Positions 46,639 to 52,848 of a DNA stretch of 52,848 nucleotides are shown here, piece by piece. The notes under the pieces are model-generated. The model worked only from the letters and a program-made list of their open reading frames with translations. It did no database searches and had not been told where the DNA came from. Both the position numbers and the translations under genes were made by a program. The stretch spans positions 1-52,848 of the forward strand of contig JAJCYF010000108.1 of the NCBI GenBank assembly GCA_029263035.1, in the 5' to 3' direction. Each line of letters starts with the position of its first letter. Position 1 is the first letter of the stretch. Source of the stretch: Actinomycetes bacterium (GTDB lineage: Bacteria > Actinomycetota > CADDZG01 > JAHWKV01).

Positions 46639-47213
46639 AGAAGGAAGGTCAAGCAGCCGACCGGGCGAACCGCGCTGCCCTCCTTTTGTTCGGGCTGATC
46701 CTCGCTGCCGCGGGGTCCTACGCCCTGGTTCGCGGCTCGGGCATTCTGGGAGATGACAGCGCCGCAGATTCCGTTCCGGAGACGCTACTGGCTCTGTTCC
46801 CGGATCCCGGCTGGAGATGGCTTCCTGCGGTGACCGGATCGGCAGGACTCCTGCTTGCAATCATTGGCCTATTTTGGTTTGCCGCCCAGTTCAGGGTCCC
46901 GCCGAAAGCCTCCATGGTCACGGTGCACCGGACCGACCGGGGAATCACCCGGGTCCGAGGAAGCGCGGTCGGCCACGCCGCTTCCACTCAGCTTGCCCGG
47001 ATACCCGGAACCGGCGATGCGCGGGTTCGGATATTTTCGACTCCGTCGGGCCAGAGGGCCGATGTCCGTCTGGAAATTGTCGACGGAGCGGACGTGCCCG
47101 GGATCATTGATTCGGCTGAGGAATCACTTTCCAGGACGATCGCTTTGGCCGGACTTCGCAACGTCCGTTCCTCGATTCGCCTGGTGCCGGTTGCAGGTCA
47201 GCGGGTGCAGTAG
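46635..47213 (+). CDS. amaP: Alkaline shock response membrane anchor protein AmaP-like
   Basis: ATGA overlap with the upstream gene. N-terminal RANRAALLLFGLILAAAGSYALV plus a second TM, then a soluble C-terminal domain, as in AmaP. Confidence 0.55.
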   Translation: MKKEGQAADRANRAALLLFGLILAAAGSYALVRGSGILGDDSAADSVPETLLALFPDPGWRWLPAVTGSAGLLLAIIGLFWFAAQFRVPPKASMVTVHRTDRGITRVRGSAVGHAASTQLARIPGTGDARVRIFSTPSGQRADVRLEIVDGADVPGIIDSAEESLSRTIALAGLRNVRSSIRLVPVAGQRVQ

Positions 47214-47216
47214 GAG

Positions 47217-47876
47217 CTAGCTCTGGCTTCCTGCCATCTCCACGAGGTCGTCGAGCTCCCCGGTGGAAAGTTCGCCGCCGTCCCGGGCAATTACCCGGTT
47301 ATTGGCGTCGAGCAGAACGAAGTAGGGATAGCCGGACAGGCCGTACGCCCGTGCCGCAGTGCCGTTGGCATCGTCGGCCATCGCCGGCAGGTCCAACCCC
47401 TCCTCATCCAGCCATTCCGACGGAGGATAGTTCGGCCGGTTGGGGTCGGTAGCGGTCGCCACCACCACCATGTCGAGGCCCTCGGGAGGGCCCGCCTCGA
47501 GCCAGCTCACGATTCTAGGTACCTCCCGCTGGCAGTGCGGGCACCAGTGTGCGACGAAGATCACGAGCTTCGGCTGCGATCCCGGCCGGATGTTGACTGC
47601 GGAACCGTCGAAGCTTGAACCCTCGAGGGTTGGGGCGTTCTGGCCTGCCGCCGGGTCCTGGCCCCGGGGATCCAGCTCGGCCAGAGGCTGTCCCTCGACC
47701 GTCACCGTGCGCACCTGTTGGATACCCTCGCCGGCGTTGGTCGCCGAGCCGGCGTTGGTCGCCGAATCGGCGCTATCGTCTCGGGTGGCGAAGAAGGCAA
47801 TGGCCGCCAGGATCACGACCAGTCCGGCGCCGAAGATCAGGGGCCGATTATTCCTGGGCTGGAATTTAGGGGACAT
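47217..47876 (-). CDS. Membrane-anchored TlpA/ResA-family thiol-disulfide oxidoreductase
   Basis: N-terminal TM helix. Thioredoxin fold with a WCPHC active site (LVIFVAHWCPHCQREVP). Confidence 0.86.
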   Translation of the reverse strand: MSPKFQPRNNRPLIFGAGLVVILAAIAFFATRDDSADSATNAGSATNAGEGIQQVRTVTVEGQPLAELDPRGQDPAAGQNAPTLEGSSFDGSAVNIRPGSQPKLVIFVAHWCPHCQREVPRIVSWLEAGPPEGLDMVVVATATDPNRPNYPPSEWLDEEGLDLPAMADDANGTAARAYGLSGYPYFVLLDANNRVIARDGGELSTGELDDLVEMAGSQS

Positions 47877-47972
47877 CGGGCCATCGTAACCTGTAGCGTC
47901 GCTTGGCCACTCCGGGCCGGAGCTCAGTCAGATTGGCGGAAGTTTTCTTCTGACGCCTCGCCAGGCCATTCC

Positions 47973-47994
47973 TGTCACCCCCGGTCGATACAAT
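47973..47994 (+). promoter_or_regulatory. Candidate promoter: TGTCACCC-N8-TACAAT (RecA-NDp-like -35/-10)
   Basis: TGTCACCC at 47973-80, 8-nt spacer, TACAAT at 47989-94. The -10 ends 7 nt before the A of ATG 48002, which implies a leaderless transcript. Confidence 0.4.
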
Positions 47995-48009
47995 CGAACA
48001 CATGTTCGA
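47994..48009. promoter_or_regulatory. LexA SOS box (actinobacterial type)
   Basis: TCGAAC-ACAT-GTTCGA is a perfect match to TCGAAC-N4-GTTCGA. It spans the ATG (48002-48004) of the HNH gene. Confidence 0.8.
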
Positions 48010-49219
48010 ACGGTTGGAGAACATCCTCAGCCAGTTGCAGGCCTTGGTCGAAGGCTTCGATGCCTCGGGTCTGGACAGGGCCCGGTCGTTGGAGCTGTAC
48101 GAGAGCTTGTGCCGGGGGGAGCGCCTGATGCATGCCGCCAAGGCACTGGCCGGTCAGCATCTGGCGAACTCCAACGCCTGGTATGAGACCGACCACCGGT
48201 CCCCGGCCCATTTCATGGCCGCCACTGCGGGCACCACCATCTCTCACCAGTGCCACATGCTGGAGGTAGCCGACCTGCTCCCCAAGCTGCCCGAGACCGA
48301 CAGGGCCTTTAGGTCCGGGGCGTTGACCGAGGAAAAGGTGATCGACCTGGCCTCGGCAGCGGCGCTGGATCCCGAGTCGGAGGAAGGGTTGCTGGCGCTG
48401 GCCGAAGCCGCCTCGCTCGATGAGTTCAGGGCCGGGTGCGCCCGGGTTCGCCATGCCGCCTCCTCGGAGGCCGAGCGTCATCAAAGGGCCCACCGGCGCC
48501 GTTACCTGCGTCACTGGATCAACATCGACGGTGAGTTCAGGCTGTCCGCCAGCTTCACCCCCGAAGCCGGAGCCCAGATCATGGCGGCAATCGAGCCCTA
48601 CCGCCAGAAGGTGGCCGATCGCTCCTCCCGCAAAGGCCGCAAGGGTAGGGCGCCGGCGGGAGCGGTCCTGGCCGATGCCCTGCTGGAGATGGCCTGCAAC
48701 GACCGCACCGCCGGGGATGGCTCCAACCCCGGGCCCAGGGCAATGGTCCACGTGCGGATGGACTACCAGGCGATGATGCGGGGATACACCGTGCCCGGTG
48801 AGATCTGCGAGGTCCCCGGGGTGGGGCCGATCTCGGTGGCCGAGGCCAACGGCATGCTGGGCGACGCCCTGGTCACCGCAGTGGTGATGGACAACACCGA
48901 CATCCGCAACGTGATCAGGATGGGCCGGGTGATCCCCGCCAGGATGGAGGCGGCCCTGCTGGAGCGGGATCAATGCTGCGTGGTCCCCGGGTGCGGGCAG
49001 AGGGACGGTTTGGAGAAGGACCACGTTGTCCCGATCCATGAAGGTGGACCGACCACCCTGTACAACCTGTGCCGCCTGTGCGGGTGGCACCACTACCTCA
49101 AGACCCATATCGGGTATGCCTTAAGACGAAGATTGGGGCACTGGCTGTGGGATGGTCCCCGGGCGCAACAAAGCACCCTGGAGGAACTTCAGCGGGAGAT
49201 TTGCGCCGCCGCTCGCTAG
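48002..49219 (+). CDS. DUF222 / HNH endonuclease-domain protein (REP13E12-like family)
   Basis: N-terminal DUF222-like helical region. C-terminal CCVVPGCGQR...LEKDHVVPIHEGGPTTLYNLCRLCGWHH (HNH). Confidence 0.87.
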   Translation: MFERLENILSQLQALVEGFDASGLDRARSLELYESLCRGERLMHAAKALAGQHLANSNAWYETDHRSPAHFMAATAGTTISHQCHMLEVADLLPKLPETDRAFRSGALTEEKVIDLASAAALDPESEEGLLALAEAASLDEFRAGCARVRHAASSEAERHQRAHRRRYLRHWINIDGEFRLSASFTPEAGAQIMAAIEPYRQKVADRSSRKGRKGRAPAGAVLADALLEMACNDRTAGDGSNPGPRAMVHVRMDYQAMMRGYTVPGEICEVPGVGPISVAEANGMLGDALVTAVVMDNTDIRNVIRMGRVIPARMEAALLERDQCCVVPGCGQRDGLEKDHVVPIHEGGPTTLYNLCRLCGWHHYLKTHIGYALRRRLGHWLWDGPRAQQSTLEELQREICAAAR

Positions 49220-49224
49220 CGGGC

Positions 49225-49264
49225 GGCCCCCTGGTTCGGCAGGCCCCCTGGTTCGGCCGGCCCC
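49225..49264. repeat. Tandem 17-bp repeat, about 2.4 copies (GGCCCCCTGGTTCGGCn)
   Basis: Identical 16-mers at 49225-49240 and 49242-49257. A partial third copy GGCCCC is at 49259-64. Sits between the convergent HNH and ABC permease genes. Confidence 0.85.
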
Positions 49265-49286
49265 ACAGAGCCTCGCCCGCGATCTG

Positions 49287-50042
49287 CTAGGAAGCGGTCA
49301 CCTTTTCGGGGATCACGATTCGCTCACCTTCGCCCACAAACGACCGGCCCACGCTCATCGCCGAGACGGTGGCCGATATCGCCTGGGCGCCCAGCAATGA
49401 GAACAACACGGTGAGCTGGACCTGCGCCGCCTCCGCCGGTGAGGCCCCTCCCAGGATCATGCCGACGAAGGCTCCCGGCAGCGTGATCAATCCCACGTTC
49501 TTGGTCTGGTCGAGGACGGGGATCAGGGCAGTGAGGATGCTTTTCGGGAAATAGGATCGCATGGCATACCTTGCGGTGACCCCCAGGCTCAGGCGGGCCT
49601 CGATCTCCGCCAGCCGGGAGGTGATCTCTTCGCGGACCCGGCGGCCCGCCAGGGTGGTGGCGGTCATCGACCCGCCGACCAGGATCCCGCCAATCGGGAT
49701 CACAAACTGCGGCTCCAGCGGGTAGCCCCCCAGTCCAAAAAGCACAACGAGGGCGACCCCGCTCCCGGCTGCCACCGACAGGGCTCCGATCCGGTAGGCC
49801 CCTCTCACGCCGGCCAGCCTGCGAGCGGCGGTCACCGATGCAGCGGCGAACATCACCAGGACAAAAACGGCGGCCAGGCCCAGATGCTCGAACACGCTGT
49901 CGATGACCAGGGCAACGATGGCCAGCTGCGCCCCGGCCCGGACTACAGCGATTACCAGCTCGGACTCGATCTTCAGCCGCTGGATCCGGGCCACTACCAG
50001 GGCGGCCGCGGCCAGCCCCAGGCCCAGCAGCACCGCTCTCAA
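49287..50042 (-). CDS. ABC transporter permease, FetB/YbbM (UPF0014) type
   Basis: Seven or so TM helices. ...DQTKNVGLITLPGAFVGMILGGASP..A is characteristic of YbbM/FetB. 4-nt overlap with the upstream ATPase gene. Confidence 0.78.
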   Translation of the reverse strand: MRAVLLGLGLAAAALVVARIQRLKIESELVIAVVRAGAQLAIVALVIDSVFEHLGLAAVFVLVMFAAASVTAARRLAGVRGAYRIGALSVAAGSGVALVVLFGLGGYPLEPQFVIPIGGILVGGSMTATTLAGRRVREEITSRLAEIEARLSLGVTARYAMRSYFPKSILTALIPVLDQTKNVGLITLPGAFVGMILGGASPAEAAQVQLTVLFSLLGAQAISATVSAMSVGRSFVGEGERIVIPEKVTAS

Positions 50043-50725
50043 GCCGGGTCTCCCGGCCAGGCGTTCTCGATCTCATCCATCGACCCCTCCAGGACCAGCC
50101 GCCCGTCCACCAGCAGCTTGGCACTGGAGGCCACCCGACGCGCCTGGCCCAGGTCGTGGGTGACCAGCACCAGGGTCAGCCCCCGCTGCTCCAGCGACTC
50201 GAGCAGCTCCTCGATGGTTTGAACCGCATCCCGGTCCAGGGCCGAGGTCGGCTCATCCAGCAGCAGGATCTCGGGATTTCGTACCAGCGCCCGGGCGATG
50301 CACACCCGCTGTGCCTGGCCGACCGACAGTGCATCGGAGGGGCGGTCCAGAAACTCCGAAGGCAGGCCGACCACGGCCAGGCACTCGGCAAAGGTGCCCT
50401 CGTCGGGCTCGTCCAGGCCGTAGGCCAGGTTGGCCCTCACGCCTCCCTCGAACACGATCGGGGTCTGCCCGACCAGCCCCACCCGGCACCGCAACTCCTC
50501 GGGAGCGATCTGGCGGGTGTCGACCCCGTCCAGGATCACCCTCCCGCCTTCGGGCTCCGACAGTCGGTTGAGGCAGCGCAGCAGGCTGGACTTGCCGGAT
50601 CCGGAGGGGCCGACCACCGCGCTGGTCTCGCCCCGGCAAAAGGTTGCCGTCACCCCCCGGAGCACCTGCTGCCCGCCCCGATTTAACACCAGGCCCTCGG
50701 CGACCAGGTGCGCGTCGGGGCTCAT
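50039..50725 (-). CDS. ABC transporter ATP-binding protein (FetA/YbbL-like)
   Basis: ATG 50725 overlaps the upstream gene stop (ATGA). Walker A GPSGSGKSS, signature LSVGQAQR, Walker B ILLLDEPTS. Confidence 0.86.
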   Translation of the reverse strand: MSPDAHLVAEGLVLNRGGQQVLRGVTATFCRGETSAVVGPSGSGKSSLLRCLNRLSEPEGGRVILDGVDTRQIAPEELRCRVGLVGQTPIVFEGGVRANLAYGLDEPDEGTFAECLAVVGLPSEFLDRPSDALSVGQAQRVCIARALVRNPEILLLDEPTSALDRDAVQTIEELLESLEQRGLTLVLVTHDLGQARRVASSAKLLVDGRLVLEGSMDEIENAWPGDPA

Positions 50726-52530
50726 GGGAGGGTCGACGGCACCGCGTCGCCGGTCTGAACCCTCCACAGGGCGGCGTAAAGGCCGCCGGCCTCGACCAGC
50801 TCCTCGTGGGTCCCCGACTCGGCCACCTGCCCGGATTCCAGGACCCAGATCTTGTCGGCGCGGCGGACGGTGGAGAGCCGGTGGGCTATAACCACCGCGG
50901 TTCTCCCCTCGGCGACCTTGGCCAGCGACCGCTGGATGGCGGCCTCGGTCTCGTTGTCGACGGCAGAGGTGGCCTCGTCCAGCACCAGGATGGCCGGGTC
51001 CCGAAGGATCGCGCGGGCGATGGAGATCCGCTGCCGCTGGCCCCCGGAAAGCTTTTGACCCCGCTCCCCGACAACCGTCTGGTACCCCGCAGGCATTGCC
51101 ATGACGAAATCATGCACCTCGGCGAGCCGGGCCGCTTCTTCGACCTGGTCGTCGGTGGCATCCGGCCGCCCGTAGGCGATGTTCTCGCGGACCGTGCCGG
51201 AGAAGAGGAACACATCCTGGCTGACGTAGGCGATGGCTTGCCGCAGCGAGGGATAGGAGAGCTTGCGGACGTCCTGCCCGTCGATCAGGACCATTCCCGA
51301 CCGGGGGTCGTAGAACCGCAGAAGGAGCCGGACCAGGGTCGACTTGCCCGCGCCGGTCGCCCCGACCACCCCGTGGGTCGCCCCGGCGGGGATCCTCAGG
51401 TCTATCCCACGGAGCACGTCGGATCCGTCGCCGTAGCCAAATCGAACGTCGTTCAGGACCACCTCTCCCTGCGGAGCCTCCAGCACCGATGTCCCCGGCA
51501 CCATTGCCGGACGCACGTCCAGCAGGTCCAGGATGCGCCGGGTTGACGCCATGCCCCGGCGGTACAGGTCGAGGGTGTACCCCAGGTCGGTCAGCGGCCA
51601 GAGCAGCCGCTGGGTCATGTAGACCAGGACCGAATAGATGCCGACATCGATCCTGCCGTCCAGCGCCATCCGGCCGCCGATCAGCAGGGTGGAGGTGAAG
51701 CCGGCCAGGATCGCCATCCGGATCAACGGGATGAACGCGGCCGAGTGCTTGATCGCATCCCGGTTGGCAAGCCGGTACCGCTCGGAAACCTCCGCCACCC
51801 GGGCGTTCTCCCGGGCTTCGGCGGTAAACGCCTTGATGGTGGTGATGCCGCCCAGGTTGTTGACCAGCGTGGTGGATAGGTCGGAGACCCGCTCCCGGAT
51901 CCGGGCATAGAACGGTTCCAACCGCTTCTGGTACCAGATCGAGCCGGCCACGATGATCGGGATCGGCAGGAACGCCATCAGGGTCAGCTCCCACGAGGTG
52001 AGGGCGAAGACCGCTCCCACCAGCACGATGTTCCAGAAGGTGGCGATGATCGTGGCGGCGCCGGAATCCAGGAACCTTTCCAGCTGGTTGACGTCGTCGT
52101 TCAGTACCGCCAGCAGCCCCCCGCTGGAGTTGTCCTCAAACCACGCAAGCTCCAGGTCCTGGATGTGGCGGTAGGCGTCCAGCCGGGCTTCGTGCTCGAT
52201 GGTCTGCGCCAGGTTGCGCCAGCTCAGCTCCGCCAGGTACTCGAAGGCCGACTCGATCACCCAGACCACCACGTTCAGGGCGGCGATGATCAACAGCTGC
52301 TCGAACCGGCCCTCCACCCCGAACAGGCCTGCGACGAACGAGTCCGCGCCCTGGACGATGACGTCGACCGCCGCGCCGATGAGCAGCTCCGGACCCACGT
52401 CGGCGAACTTGTTGATGGTGGTGCATACCGCCGCCCAGACCAGCCGTCGGCGGTGCCCGGCGGCGTAGCGCCAGAGGCGGGAGAGCGGGTGAGCCCGGGT
52501 CACGGTATCGGTCGAGGGCGGCGTGGTCAT
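50722..52530 (-). CDS. Fused permease/ATPase ABC exporter (type I exporter)
   Basis: Six N-terminal TM helices. Walker A GATGAGKST, signature LSGGQRQR, Walker B ILVLDEATS. GAGGAGG lies upstream. Confidence 0.9.
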   Translation of the reverse strand: MTTPPSTDTVTRAHPLSRLWRYAAGHRRRLVWAAVCTTINKFADVGPELLIGAAVDVIVQGADSFVAGLFGVEGRFEQLLIIAALNVVVWVIESAFEYLAELSWRNLAQTIEHEARLDAYRHIQDLELAWFEDNSSGGLLAVLNDDVNQLERFLDSGAATIIATFWNIVLVGAVFALTSWELTLMAFLPIPIIVAGSIWYQKRLEPFYARIRERVSDLSTTLVNNLGGITTIKAFTAEARENARVAEVSERYRLANRDAIKHSAAFIPLIRMAILAGFTSTLLIGGRMALDGRIDVGIYSVLVYMTQRLLWPLTDLGYTLDLYRRGMASTRRILDLLDVRPAMVPGTSVLEAPQGEVVLNDVRFGYGDGSDVLRGIDLRIPAGATHGVVGATGAGKSTLVRLLLRFYDPRSGMVLIDGQDVRKLSYPSLRQAIAYVSQDVFLFSGTVRENIAYGRPDATDDQVEEAARLAEVHDFVMAMPAGYQTVVGERGQKLSGGQRQRISIARAILRDPAILVLDEATSAVDNETEAAIQRSLAKVAEGRTAVVIAHRLSTVRRADKIWVLESGQVAESGTHEELVEAGGLYAALWRVQTGDAVPSTLP

Positions 52531-52848
52531 GGTGGGAGATTACCTCCTCGAATCACGGGGTCGGCGGCGTCTCGGGGATAGCTGTTAGCAACCGATTGGT
52601 AGCCTTCCGAACCGCCATAATGAGGGGTGCTGGCGGTAGCTAAGCGTCCGGCAACCGAGCACGCTGCGACCTGAAACAGATCTGCGCCGCAACTAAGATG
52701 CCCTTTACAACCGATCTTTGGTTAGCCTAACATTCTGCGTATGGCGCTAAAACTAGCCGATCCGAAAAAATGCATTCCAGAGAGTCCTTTGGAGCGGCGG
52801 CCCAAGGGGCTGGTCAAGAGCCGCTCCGCGCGCGCCCTGGGTTTGATC

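Noticed and set aside
48002-49219. Calling the DUF222-HNH gene a mobile element
   Set aside because: I saw no terminal inverted repeats, target-site duplication, transposase or integrase. The family is repetitive in some genomes, but mobility is unproven. It is annotated as a CDS with regulatory sites instead.
52741-52848. Possible gene start (ATG 52741, MALKLADPKKCIPESPLERRPKG...) running off the window
   Set aside because: Only 36 codons are visible, with no SD and no motif. Too little evidence to list as a feature.

Overview
High-GC chromosomal segment with the classic Actinomycetota core gene order (taxonomy is inferred from synteny and regulatory motifs). The order is map, infA-rpmJ-rpsM-rpsK-rpsD-rpoA-rplQ-truA, rplM-rpsI, glmM, nnr-alr, tsaE-tsaB-rimI-tsaD, groES, guaB3 ... 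guaA, pcrA, sucC/sucD, purH, folD. An Asp23/AmaP envelope-stress cluster, a DUF222-HNH gene and three ABC-transporter genes follow. I recognised no rRNA, tRNA, CRISPR array, IS element or prophage. Many long ORFs in the track are antisense shadow ORFs typical of high-GC DNA. Several real genes start at internal GTG/TTG/ATG codons, and those starts were re-derived from the sequence. rpmJ and two small membrane or lipoprotein ORFs fall below the track length cutoff and were read directly. The interesting material is accessory DNA wedged between the conserved blocks. It includes two VapBC modules, an ECF sigma/anti-sigma pair between guaB3 and guaA, and a 6-kb island between pcrA and sucC. It also includes a sensor-less, tail-anchored nSTAND-type NTPase upstream of a monocistronic CIRCE-controlled groES. 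An Asp-box propeller gene is translationally coupled inside sucC-sucD. A J-domain ORF sits inside the Asp23 cluster. The HNH gene carries a perfect LexA box over its start codon. I did not find one clear-cut multi-gene novel system. The strongest candidates for follow-up are the sucC-X-sucD insertion, the minimal nSTAND protein and the J-domain/Asp23 cluster. All family calls rest on motifs read by eye and need profile searches to confirm.
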